Positions 52,461-64,000 of a stretch of 64,000 nucleotides of DNA are shown here, piece after piece. The notes beneath the pieces were generated by a model that was given only the letters and a program-made list of their open reading frames with translations, searched no databases and had not been told where the DNA came from. Origin of the DNA: Octopus sinensis (Eukaryota). Location: NCBI RefSeq assembly GCF_006345805.1, contig NC_043013.1, forward strand, positions 47,740,001 to 47,804,000, written 5' to 3'. Both the position numbers and the translations under genes were made by a program. Each line of letters begins with the position of its first letter. Position 1 is the first letter of the stretch.

Positions 52461-52691
52461 GTTTCAATCATTAGAGAGCGGCCATGACGGTGTTGCCCCT
52501 TCACAAATTTTAACCTAATGAATCCGCCCCAATATGTATACTTTTGAAAGTCTGGTATTTACTCCATCAGTACTGTGGCCGAACCATTAACTTACGGTGA
52601 CAAAGATACACCAACACGTGTGGTCACATGGTAGTGGGGTACAAACGCAGGCATAAAGACACAGAGACGCACAGACACACATAAAGAGATC

Positions 52692-52740
<49 letters not shown>

Positions 52741-53059
52741 CGTGTGTGTGTGTGTGTGTGTGTAAATAAGAACGTAACGGACGACAATAAAAACATACAG
52801 ACAGATAGACAATACAAGGACGGACAGGGAAATCTCAGGGCAGATCGTTCGTAGCGTTCTGTTCATCAGTCAAGCTTGCAATTATCATTGCAGTTTTGGC
52901 CTGGTACACTTAAGACTGTTCAAAATTGGTAGCTCCCAAAAATCTAAGCTAAGAGCATTAAATTTTGGAACGAAAGCAAGCGAATGTGTACGAAAACACA
53001 GACATAAAAAAACGAGAAATCGGAGGAAATGTTACACAATTATATATATATATATATAT

Positions 53060-53270
53060 TTATATAGGGAGAGTTTACGAAAAAACAAAAGACGAAGACA
53101 GGTGGTGTACAAAACAAACAGATGTATTAGTATAACGCTCAGGAATAGAAAAAGTCTTTTACGTTTCAGGCCTACGCTCTTCTACAGAAAGGGCACAGAA
53201 AAATCAAGGAATAAAAAAGGAGAGAAAAAATTTGTGTAGTGGCTAAAATGATCTATCATGGCGATATCTA
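53060..53270 (-). mobile_element. Penelope-like/retrozyme-like fragment with degenerate hammerhead (53155-53192)
   Basis: Homologous to 45146-45362; minus strand CCTTT-CTGTAGA-AGAGCGTAGGCCT-GAAACGT-A-AAAGA; flanked by (TA)n. Confidence 0.5.
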
Positions 53271-53277
53271 AATATAT

Positions 53278-53389
<112 letters not shown>

Positions 53390-53869
53390 TCAATTACTAC
53401 CCCTGACCAGAATACTGTACAATTCCCCTAAGACTCAATTCTAGGCGGTTGGACACAATCCACCCTCTTTTGTATTGACACTGATTTCCATTATTCTTTC
53501 CCCTACTATCTTCTAAATTCATTTTGTTCTGACATTATATAAACGATTTGGTAAAGTCATTCTGCTAATTGAACAGCAGCAGTACTAATGTAAATATTTT
53601 GTAACTATGTCGAATCAGTCGAATTATTCGTTATGTTTGAAGTTCATGCAGTCATCTGACGAAAAGGATTTCTTTGCAATGATGTAATTTTCATATTAAT
53701 CAGTTAAAGGAGTTGCTTGAAACGGTCGTAATGAATTGACGACTATACCTCTTTGGTACTGATTTATACTGTATTCACCTATCCTAAAATCTGTGCTTCG
53801 GAAATATTATACAAAGTATTTTTTTAATATAAAGTACATGTCTGAATAGCCAAGAGTGTATCTCTTCAC

Positions 53870-53870
53870 T

Positions 53871-53953
<83 letters not shown>

Positions 53954-54089
53954 TTTATATATATACATATCCATGTACATATATATCTATATACATATAT
54001 ACATGTGTTTTATATATTAGATGTATATGAATAAATGTATATAACACATTTATATATATATATATATCACATTATGTATATATATATAC

Positions 54090-54127
<38 letters not shown>

Positions 54128-54196
54128 TATATATAATATTATATATATATTATATACATTTATATATATATATATATATATATAATACATATACAT

Positions 54197-54235
<39 letters not shown>

Positions 54236-54330
54236 TATATGTATGTATGTATGTATATGTGTATATGCATATATGTACCTATAGTACCTATACACACACA
54301 CGCATATATTATATATATATAATATATAAT
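53870..54330. repeat. (GATA)n and (TA)n microsatellites
   Basis: Directly visible. Confidence 0.9.
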
Positions 54331-54509
54331 AATTATATATTCCCAAAAGTTAGAGGTATGATCCAACCAACTAGGGATAATTCTTTCCAATGTATTGCTG
54401 GTATAATACCCAATTATTAATACACAAGTGTTTTTTTCATTGCATGGCAATTACATTACCCAGTGTACTAAATGGGTGAAGGTAAAGAGATATTTTACCA
54501 TTAATTCAT

Positions 54510-54846
54510 AGAGCAATAAGAAAATGGAGAGGATCAAGAGGTAGTATTCATCAACTTTTAGACATTATATTATGTCAATTTATTTATTTACTAAAAAACA
54601 ATTATAGCAATATACATACATGTATGACATTATGCTTTACATATAAAATATATAAGATATAAAAATATCAGTATTTTAATAATTACTGGTATTGTTATAT
54701 TTTATATATTATATATGTAAAGCATAATATGTTATACATGTATGTATATTGTTATAATTGTCCTTTTAGTAAATAAATAAATTGACATAATATAATGTCT
54801 AAAAGTTGATGAATACCACCTATTGCTCCCCTCCATTTTCTTATTG

Positions 54847-54850
<4 letters not shown>
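54510..54850. repeat. Long inverted repeat (~155-bp arms, short spacer)
   Basis: AGAGCAATAAGAAAATGGAG..GTATTCATCAACTTTTAGACATTATATTATGTCAATTT.. is mirrored by ..AAATTGACATAATATAATGTCTAAAAGTTGATGAATAC..CTCCATTTTCTTATTGCTCT. Confidence 0.9.
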
Positions 54851-54878
<28 letters not shown>

Positions 54879-54884
54879 ACCCTC

Positions 54885-54916
<32 letters not shown>

Positions 54917-55049
54917 CTCTGTATATATATATATAAAATTAAATAGGGTAGAAAATGATATTAATCATTAAACCAGTGGCCTACCATATTTTAAAAACAT
55001 CCGAAGATTTAAATTTTTTTACAAGCAAAATTTAGAGGATTGACCGCTA

Positions 55050-55108
<59 letters not shown>

Positions 55109-56841
55109 TATAATATAATAATTATATATATATATTAACAATTGAGGATAAATCTTTAAAAGAAATTATCAGTAGTTAGCGTGAAAACCTCGTAAGAGAA
55201 AAATCCGTAAATTTTTCCACTTGAAAATATTTATTTATATTATATTGAGGTACTACTATTCGTAGATACCACACGCTAAAGAGGGACCAATGCGGTCAAA
55301 CCTACTAAAATAAACAAAATTTTACCGAATGCAAAACTTCAAAACAAATCATTTAAAAAAAGAATTTAGTTACATATCACCTGTGATTTCGCAATTAATG
55401 CAGAATATGCATTCTATGCTCATCAGTGCAACAAACTCAAGATATATAAGAAAAAACATAACGTTACAAGCTCGATAGCCAACCGTAGAATTCGTCGTAG
55501 AATACGGTTTTGCTCTATAAGAAGATGGGAAGTTTAGCATGAATAGATTGTTAGTCAATGGAGTGTTTCATTCAGCATAAATTTAATTCATAACCGCAAG
55601 TCAACGAAATACTAATTACTTTCAGTTTGCTGGGCATATGTATTTTGGTCTAAATATCGAGGCACTAACTGCCGAACTATCAGCTGGTCGTCCATTGTCT
55701 TTTTATTAGCTATCGATATTAATAAAAGCGAAACGCTAATGAAATGAATGCTAATAAACGTTTGTGTGTGAGCGGGAAAGAAGATATTCATGTGAGTGTC
55801 AACAAGCGAAGAAAAGGAAGAAAGTTGAATGAAAGGAAAGAGAGAAAGAATAAACTTGTACACTTGTGAAGTGTTAAGGATAAGCAAATCTCAGTTTTCA
55901 AATTTGAAAATCGGACAGGGAATGAGAGACTGCGAGTGTGGGAGGGAGAAGAATTGAATTTGAAAGATTGAGACTGGAGAAAGGATGTTATACCGCAATG
56001 TTTTCGGAATGCTGTCCGTAGTTATGTTTCCAATGAGCTTCTCGGTCACTGGTTCATTGCATTTGAGACAGCAAGAAAGACAAGTGGATGTCTGTAGCCC
56101 GTTATGCAGAGCAAATATCTCAAGGAATCTCAAGAAAGGCACCTGGTCTTTTTGGTTTTCTCATTCAACTTCGCTGATATTTATACAGTATGCAATAAAA
56201 GAAGGTAAACTACGATTTCAGACAAAGTACCAATTACATAAAGTAAATCGAATGTACTTATTTAGAAGTAATAACTCTTAAGAGCTGTTTTGTGAGAATC
56301 GTTTTTTGGATGGCATATCTGTGTGTGTGCGTGTGTACGTGGAATGTATATTGTGTGTGTGTGTATGTGCGCGCATGTGTGTATGCGTATGTGTGTGTGT
56401 ATGTGTGTGTGTGTGTGCGTGCGCGTGTGCATGTCCATGTTTATGCGTAAAGGTATAGAGTTTTGTTCGAATAAAAGAAGTGGAGAATTTCTTTGTTGTG
56501 GGAGGGCGAAGATATGAATGAGAAAAGAGATGAAAAGAGAGGGTCAATGGAAGAAAAGGGTAAGATGACAGATGGGGACGAAGACAGGCATTCAAAAAAG
56601 TTCCTCGAAGATTGAGAGATGGGTTAGAATTGCGAGAAGTTTCTAAATGGGAAACCAAATGTCCTTGTTTAATTTTTCATTGTTCACTTCCATATTGATC
56701 AGATCTAGAATCAAAACTATCCCACCCATGACTCTCCAGTCTTCTAATTAACATACAAAATGTATGAGCAAAATATCAATGCTCCGTTTGTTTTTTAAGA
56801 TGCTAGGGAATCATCTGTGAGGGACGTTATACTGTTATTTC

Positions 56842-57257
56842 AGGCGGCGAGCTGGCAGAAACGTTAGCGCGCTGGGCCAAATGCTTAGCGGTATTTCGTC
56901 TGTCGTTACGTTCTGAGTTCAAATTCCGCCGAGGTTGACTTTCCCTTTCATCCTTTCGGGGTCGATTAAATAAGTACTAGTTACGCACTGGGGTCGATGT
57001 AATCGACTTAATACTTATGTCTGTCCTTGTTTGTCCCCTCTATGTTTAGCCCCTGGTGGGTAGTAAAGAAATAGGTATTTCGTCTGCCGTTACGTTCTGA
57101 GTTCAACTTCCGCCGAGGTCGACTTTACCTTTCATCCTTTCGCGGTCGATAAATAAAGTACCAGTTTCGCACTGGGGTCGATGTAGTCGACTTAATCCCT
57201 TTTTCTGTCCTTGTTTGTCCTCCCTGTGTTTAGCCCCTTGTGGGTAGTAAAGAAATA
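56842..57257 (+). mobile_element. SINE family B: head plus two 184-bp units inside one 14-16-bp TSD
   Basis: Units 56890-57073 and 57074-57257; TATACTGTTATTTC(AG) at 56828 and 57258. Confidence 0.9.
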
Positions 57258-57489
57258 TATACTGTTATTTCAGTATGTTTAAGGAAGCGTCCACGTGTGT
57301 AACGTTTGTAGGTTGTGATAGAGAGAAGATTTAGAGTTCGGAGAGACAAAGAGAAATTAAAGGGAGTTGGGGGGAGGGTTGTGTTACAAGTGCCGTTTCT
57401 AGGAACGTTGTTGCCTGTGTGTGTGTGTGTGTAGTTGTATATGGATGTTCGTGCAGCATACAATAATACGCAGATTCACCATTAATGGA

Positions 57490-57653
57490 GGTTGTGGTGA
57501 CTGTAATAACAGCAGCAGCAACAGCAGAAACAGCGCTAGTACATATGGCAGCAGCAGCAGTAACATCGGTAACAGAAGTAGTAGTAGCAGTGGTAGCAGC
57601 AGCAGTAGTTGTAGCAGCGGTAGTTGTCGTAGCAGCAGCAGCAGCAATGGTGA

Positions 57654-57705
<52 letters not shown>

Positions 57706-57917
57706 TGTGGTAGTGGTGGTGGTGGTGGTGGTGGTGGTGGTGTGGTGGTGGTGGTGGTGGTGGTGGTGGTGGTGGTGGTGGTGGTGGTAGTAGTAGTAGT
57801 AGTAGTAATAGTGGTAGTAGTAGTAGTAGTAGTATAGTAGTGGTGGTGGTGGTGGTGGTGGTGGTGGTGGTGGTGTTGGTGGTAGTGGTGGTGGTGGTGG
57901 TGGTGGTGATGGTGGTA

Positions 57918-57948
<31 letters not shown>

Positions 57949-58013
57949 GGTGGTGGTGGTGGGGTGGTGGTGTTGGTGGTAGTGGTGGTGGTGGTGGGGT
58001 AGTAATAGTGGTA

Positions 58014-58044
<31 letters not shown>

Positions 58045-58103
58045 TGTGGTAGTGGTGGTGGTGGTGGTGGTGGTAGTGTGGGGTGGTGGTGGTGGTGGTG
58101 GTG

Positions 58104-58139
<36 letters not shown>

Positions 58140-58147
58140 GAATAGTG

Positions 58148-58188
<41 letters not shown>

Positions 58189-58240
58189 GGTGGTGGTGGT
58201 GGTGGTGGTGGTGGTAGTAGTAGTAGTAGTAGCTGTTGTT
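57490..58240. repeat. Mosaic (AGC/AGT/GGT)n trinucleotide field
   Basis: Alternating blocks of AGT, GGT and AGC repeats. Confidence 0.92.
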
Positions 58241-58424
58241 GTAGTTAATATTTTGATAAGGATGCCGTTGGTGTGTAAACAGCATTTGAACAGTAGCGAC
58301 AGTAGCGAACAAACGTAGAGACGGTAGGTAGGTGACTTCAATTACTATCAGGGGCCCCAGAGTGAGAAGATTTTTGTCAAATATGCAAACAGCTTATTGT
58401 GTGCGCTTCATATCGTTCTGACCA

Positions 58425-58506
58425 CACATGTATGTATGTATGAATGCATGAATGCATGTATGTATGTATGTATGTATGTATGTATGTATGTATGTATGTA
58501 TGTATG

Positions 58507-58540
<34 letters not shown>

Positions 58541-58670
58541 TGTATGTATGTATGTATGAAGGTATGTATGAAGGTATGTATGTATGTATGTATGTATGTA
58601 TGTATGTATGTATGTTTGTGTGTATGTATGTATGTATGTATGTATGTATGTATGTATGTATGTATGTATG

Positions 58671-58703
<33 letters not shown>

Positions 58704-59077
58704 TTGTATGTATGTATGTATGTATGTATGTATGTATGTATGTATGTATGTATGAATGCATGAATGCATGTATGTATGTATGTATGTATGTATGTATGTA
58801 TGTATGTATGTATGTATGTATGTATGTATGTATGTATGCATGAAGGTATGTATTATGTATGTGCGTATGCATGTGTGTGAGTGTTTATCTGTATATGCCA
58901 CAATCTACGAAATTTTTAAGTCTATTCTAATTGATCAAATTATACCCTGTACACGTAATTTTAGTGAATATAATTTATCGAAAAGCCAGGTTATCATCTT
59001 TTGCAAGAAGTGACGCAAAACAGCGTAACCTAAACAAAGACATCGACATAGAAAAATCTACATTCACACACGCACAG

Positions 59078-59165
<88 letters not shown>

Positions 59166-59350
59166 ATATCTGTCTATATAGCTATATCCATACAGGCGCG
59201 CGCATGTATGTACGTATGTAGGTATGTATGTATGTATGTATGTATGTATGTATGTATGTATGTATGTATGTATGTATGTATGTATGTATGAATGTATGCA
59301 TGCATGTATGTATGTATGTATGTATGTATGTATGTATGTATGTATGCATA
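58425..59350. repeat. (TATG)n and (TATC)n tetranucleotide arrays
   Basis: (TATG)n 58425-58845 and 59205-59350; (TATC)n 59079-59163. Confidence 0.95.
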
Positions 59351-59544
59351 TATGTGTTTGTTTGTGTGTGTGTGTGTATACAGGATTGCCAGAGATTCGT
59401 ATAGAGCGTTGTGTAATTTCTTCCGATTCCATACATTCTGAGTTCTAATCTCGTCGGGGTCAGCACTGCTTTTCATCTATTCGGGATCACTTAAATGAGC
59501 ACCAGTCAATTACAGGTTCGATGCAATTGTCTCCCCGCAAAAGT

Positions 59545-59778
59545 TTCAAAGACGCAGGCGTACATGTGTGGTAAGAAGTTTGTATTCCAAACAACATGGT
59601 TCGGGATTCAGACCCTCCTCGTGGCATCTTGGGCAAGTGCCTACTTATACAGCCTCGGGCGACCAACGTCTTGGAAGCAGATTTCATAGACAAAAACTTA
59701 AAGAAATATATATATACACACACACACACATACAGACGTACATACATACATACATACAGATAGATAGATAGATAGATA
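59545..59778 (+). mobile_element. Diverged SINE family A 5' half whose internal microsatellite is the LINE copy 2 insertion site
   Basis: GTGTGGTAAGAAGTTTG..GGCATCTTGGGCAAGTG..AAACTTAAAGAAATATATA then (CA)n(TACA)n(GATA)5 abutting the LINE 3' end. Confidence 0.7.
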
Positions 59779-60207
59779 TGTTTCTTTATTAGCCACACAG
59801 GGCTGCACACAGATAGAACAAATTACAAGGTAGAGCTTTTCTTTTGAAGGTTTAAAAAATAAAAAATAAAAAATAAAAAAATAAAAAATAAAGAAAAAAT
59901 AAAATAAAATAAAAATAAAATAAAAAAGGGGGGGTCGATCAAAAGGATCGTAAAAGGAGAGAAAGAGGACAAAAAAAAAAAAAAGGGGGGTTAAAAAAAA
60001 AGGGGAGAGGAAAAAATTGATCAATAGGGATCGTTATCACAGAAATGTCAATATGAAGTGTAAAGGGGGGACAGGTGAGGTTTACCCGTGGAAAGAAAAG
60101 CCTACGGAAAAGACCACGGTAACCTCGGTCAATGAAGTCACATGTTATATTTCTTTTTTTTTTTTTTTTTTTGCAAATAAGCAACTCTCTGTATTAATTT
60201 TTACGGT

Positions 60208-63200
60208 TCATAGAATCATAGTCAAGGTGGCTTCGTCATTCATACGTGCCATCCTTGCTACATTCACCCATCTTTTTTAAAACATTCACTAGACAAAACT
60301 TGCCTCTCTACTCTCACTTTTTTTCTTCAAGTGATACTTGAAGAAGTTGATGAGAGATTGACCAGAGAGGAAAGTGTTTGTCTCTAATCCTTTCAGACGC
60401 GTCCACCAGATACATTCTTTCGCCATAGCCACAAGTATGATAAAAATAGCTCTTCCTTCCCGTTTGAAGGAAGGAGGCGTGACGATATTAACGATAGACT
60501 CGGCTGATAAACCGACACGTCCCACACGTGACAGCAGTCGTTCGACATAAGCCCACAGGTGGGAAATTGCTGGACACTGCACGATTGCGTGCAGAGCGGT
60601 TTCGTCGCTCTGCCCGCATCTCGGGCAGGTCGGCCCCGTGTTTCTCGAGCCATGCCTATAGAGCTTATCCCGAACGGGTAGCGCTTCTCGGTAGCACCGC
60701 CAGGCCAGGGATCTCTGGAAGTTGTCCATAGGTCCCGGGCCGAAAGTCGTTTGAAACAGGCGGGTCAGGTATTCCTCGTCGACGCCCAGGTTTGCCCCGA
60801 GCTCGTCGTCGTACCTCCCCTCCACTAATCCCCTATAGAATGCTTTGGTTGTGTTGAAGTCACTCAAGGTCGACCCGGGACGGCAGAGTTGCTTGAGAGC
60901 AACGCGACACTCGCGGTGCCATTCGCCCTTCTTCTTCGGCCTCTTTTTGATCCACGACTGTAGTTCGGTCATGGAGACGAGTTGCGGGAATGCGTGCCTC
61001 ACAAACGGCGACCACACCTGTTCACCGTCGTCTACATAGAGCCGGAGATGTCGCAGTCTCAGCGCGTGTCTGCGCATCATCAACCACGGCATGCCCAGCC
61101 CTCCTTTTAACGGGTGTTGACAGCAAATGGATCGCCTGACCATCGGGACGCATCCTTTCCACAAGAAGCGGAAGAGGATGCGTTCTAGTTTGGTGATGGT
61201 AGGGTCGGGACAAGGTACGACGGTCAGGCGGTAGTAGATGATGGACGCGATGTACGCGTTCACCACCTCCGCCCGACCTTTTAGGGACAGTTTCCTCTCG
61301 GCCCATTGCTGGGCGAGAGTGACCACCCTACTCGTTATCTCGTTCCAGTTCTTCTCCATTTGGAGGTCCGGACCGAACCAGACCCCGAGCAACTCAACCG
61401 GGCCGTCTGTCCAGCGTCCCACGACGGAGGTACTGGTGGACGGCATGGGTTTGCTTCTCCAGGTGCCGAGCCGCAAGCCCACTGACTTTTCCCGGTTGAT
61501 TTTTGCTCCTGTCACCGCTTCGTAGTCTTTCAGTGTCTCGCCGACCCGCTCGATGTGCTCGTGGCTTGACACTATGACGGTGACGTCGTCCGCGTATGCA
61601 GACACGCTCGTCCCGCATCCTAATTCTCGCGGGATGCCCCTCAGAGTCGCCAGCTTCCGCAGTAGTGGCTCAAGAGTCAATACGTATAGAAGCGCCGAGA
61701 GGGGGCATCCCTGACGGACCGAACGTGCAATGTCGAAGGGTCTCGATAGATGTCCATTTACGCGAATTACCGAACGGATGCCTCTGTACAAGGCAGCTAT
61801 CCAGCCGCGGAAGACGGACCGACCGAAACCAGCCGCTCTCAGGACTGCCTCCAAGTATCGATGGTCTACCCTATCAAAGGCTTTCGATTGATCCAAGTTG
61901 ATCAGGGCCCCACCCATGCCAGGTTCGTTAACTACCCTGTCTATGATGTAGCGCATCAGATGGAGGTTGTCATGGATGCTCCGGCCCGGCACGGCGCACG
62001 TTTGTGCGTTGTCGACCAGTTTCTCCATGACAAGCGCCAACCTCTTGGCTAACACCTTTGTCAAAATTTTCAGGTCTGCATTGAGCAGAGTGATTGGCCT
62101 AAAGTTATCTATAATGTTTCCCTTGTTTGGATCTTTCTTCAGCAGAGTTACAGCTCCTCGACTCACAAAACCGGGTATGCTCCCGTTTTGCTGCCAGTTG
62201 CAGTATACCGCTGCCAAGACGTCTCCAAACAAGTCTGGCATACAATAGTAAAATTCGTAGGGTAGACCATCCAAACCCGGTGATTTGTCCCTCGAGCATT
62301 CTGCCATCGCTTCCCGCACTTCCGCCGCCGTGATGGCACCTTCGCAGCACCCTGCCTTTCTTGTCGAGAGTCGTGGCAGGCTATGTAGGTAGGCACTGAA
62401 GTCTACCCTACGTTCTTGCCCTCCACTCGTCCCGAACAGTCGGGCAAAATGCTGCTGAAAGGCCTCACACATTTTACTTGGCTCGAGCAATTCGCGCCCT
62501 GTTCATCTACCAGTGACCGAATGGTGGCTTTGTTGCCCTGTTGCGCCTCTGCCACCCGGGCCTCTCTCGCGGCTCCAACACCTTCGTTCCTTAGAGCACG
62601 CATCCTAGCTCTGACAGCACATCCTTCGTGTTTGGCGTTGAAGTGTTGGTCGAGGGCCAACCTCGCCGCCAAAACGTCGGATGCGATGCCGCTTCTAATT
62701 GCCTCTTCTAGCTTCTTAACTAGCTCACCCTCTACTCTATTTCTATCTATGGCTAGTGCTTTGCTGTACCTAATCGCTTCTGCTTTTACTGCTCTCTTGA
62801 GGGCAAACCACCATTTGTTGTTGATGATGGCTCCCGTCAAAGCCCTCTTTACTAGTGTGCTAATCCGGTCTCTGAAAACTTGTCTGGACGGGAATGATGC
62901 GTTCAGTTTCCAGTACCCAGGACCCTGTCTATGTGCCTTATCTAAGTCTAGCGTACACGTCACCAATTTGTGATCCGTGTAGCTGACTGTGTGGAATTGT
63001 GGACATCCTAAGTTATCCTTGTCTACTGTCCTACACAGTATCCTATCTAGATACGATCTCGACGACCCACTGCGGTTGCTCCATGTCCACGTTGGTGCAT
63101 TTGGGTGGTCGAGTCGGTACCTGTCAGACAGTTGGAATCGTCTGAGCAGGTCTCTGAGGCATTTGCATCCCCTTCTGTTTCTGTCTCTACCCACGTAGTC

Positions 63201-63650
63201 TACATGCGTGTCCAAGGTAGCATTCCAATCCCCCACTAAGAGTAAAGGACGAGACGTTCCCAAGAATACTTCTAGACGTCGAAAGAAATCCGCCGACCTG
63301 TTAAGGGCGGTGCGTAGACTGATACGAGTCGAAAAGCGCACCCATTGCTGCCGTCAACATCCAGAACGATCAGTCTACCCTCCGGGTCTACGATATATCG
63401 TCTTGACTTCGAGATCCAGGCTCTTGTGAAAAAGTACCGCGGTGCCACTACCGCCCATCCTCGGCAGACAGGGAGCGAAATAAATGTTAAACTGTCCGCC
63501 AAACATGGACTTTAGGGCCCGTGGCTCGTGGAGTCTGGTCTCACTTATGGCTATGATTCCCAAATCATGTGACTTGATGTCATTTAGGAGGTATCCTTGT
63601 TTCCAAGGAGACCCCAAGCCACGCGCATTCACACAACCAATCTTGACCAT
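60208..63650 (-). pseudogene. LINE ORF2 (APE endonuclease, reverse transcriptase, C-terminal CCHC-like domain), ~1150 codons, frameshifted in this sequence
   Basis: MVKIGCVNARGL, LLVGDWNATLD, TWTWSNRSGSSRSYLDRIL, SYTDHKLV (endonuclease); 733-aa open segment 60289-62490 with all RT motifs and CPRCGQSDETALHAIVQCP. Frameshifts near 63390, 63310, 62500 and 60270-60320. Confidence 0.92.
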
Positions 63651-63700
63651 GATTCTATTGGGGTGTGTGCTTTAAAACACACAAATGAAAGTACAGAGAG

Positions 63701-64000
63701 TTACTTACTTGTGTCGAAAGTTTTGGCTTCCTCGTTCTTTGATGTGTCTTCGAGGAGGTTTCTATATAGTTTTTGGGACAGATATTTCTGGAAACCCCCT
63801 ACAGCATTTGGGAAGAGGGCTTTGAGTTTGTGGTGTTGTGTTTGTGTGATGTGTAGTATTTTGATGTGTTTGGTGGTGTAGTGCGTGGATGATTGCTATT
63901 TTTAAAGTCATCTTCACAAATGTTTGTGTATCCTGTGATGTACTCCATTAGTTTGGAGTCTTTTGTGTCTATCGCTGATAGCATTGTTTTTTGTGGTGTT
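63701..64000 (-). CDS. LINE ORF1 C-terminal portion
   Basis: Minus frame ..TTKHIKILHITQTQHHKLKALFPNAVGGFQKYLSQKLYRNLLEDTSKNEEAKTFDTSK* ends 50 nt before the ORF2 ATG; a frameshift upstream of ~63890 is likely. Confidence 0.6.

Larger units (their letters stand above)
59779..64000 (-). mobile_element. Tx1/L1-type non-LTR retrotransposon, copy 2 (3' UTR, whole ORF2, end of ORF1; continues beyond the window)
   Basis: APE endonuclease, RT and C-terminal Cys/His domain preceded by an upstream ORF; 3' UTR shared with copy 1 and ending AATAAAGAAACA. Confidence 0.95.

Noticed and set aside
57331-58341. 336-aa and 258-aa poly-Thr/Pro/His/Tyr ORFs
   Set aside because: Pure AGT/GGT/AGC trinucleotide mosaic, open in several frames on both strands; no splice or domain context.
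63651-63710. GTAAGT/GTAACT donor-like and AG acceptor-like sites that could splice ORF1 to ORF2
   Set aside because: The consensus GTAAGT donor gives out-of-frame products; in-frame options need a weaker donor and a 35-50-nt intron; no transcript evidence.

Overview
Eukaryotic, AT-rich, microsatellite-dense DNA. The SINE families and (TA)n/(GATA)n/(TACA)n load suggest a cephalopod (Octopus-like) genome; this is an inference. No host protein-coding gene could be identified with confidence, and almost all ORFs in the supplied track are translations of simple repeats or antisense frames of retroelements. The window is a transposable-element mosaic: two young, near-identical copies of a Tx1/L1-type LINE (41290-44450, 5'-truncated; 59779 to beyond 64000) and an older relative (about 20.75-22.64 kb); two RTE LINE 3' ends; two mariner relics; non-autonomous Helitrons; hAT, Tc1-type and unclassified MITEs; at least three tRNA-derived SINE families; and (TA)n-embedded Penelope-like fragments carrying hammerhead-ribozyme-like folds. 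The most coherent candidate system is the Tx1-type LINE plus a SINE (family B here). The LINE has no poly(A) tail, ends in AATAAAGAAACA and sits in (GATA)n microsatellites. Its last ~50 nt are ~80% identical to the SINE B 3' end. SINE B target-site duplications begin with (GG)TAW, a motif also present inside the SINE itself, and the SINE forms precise 184-bp head-to-tail arrays joined at that internal site. A second candidate is a set of minimal hammerhead folds with non-canonical cores (CUGAUGC, CUGUNGA). All coordinates and alignments were read by eye and may be off by a few bases.
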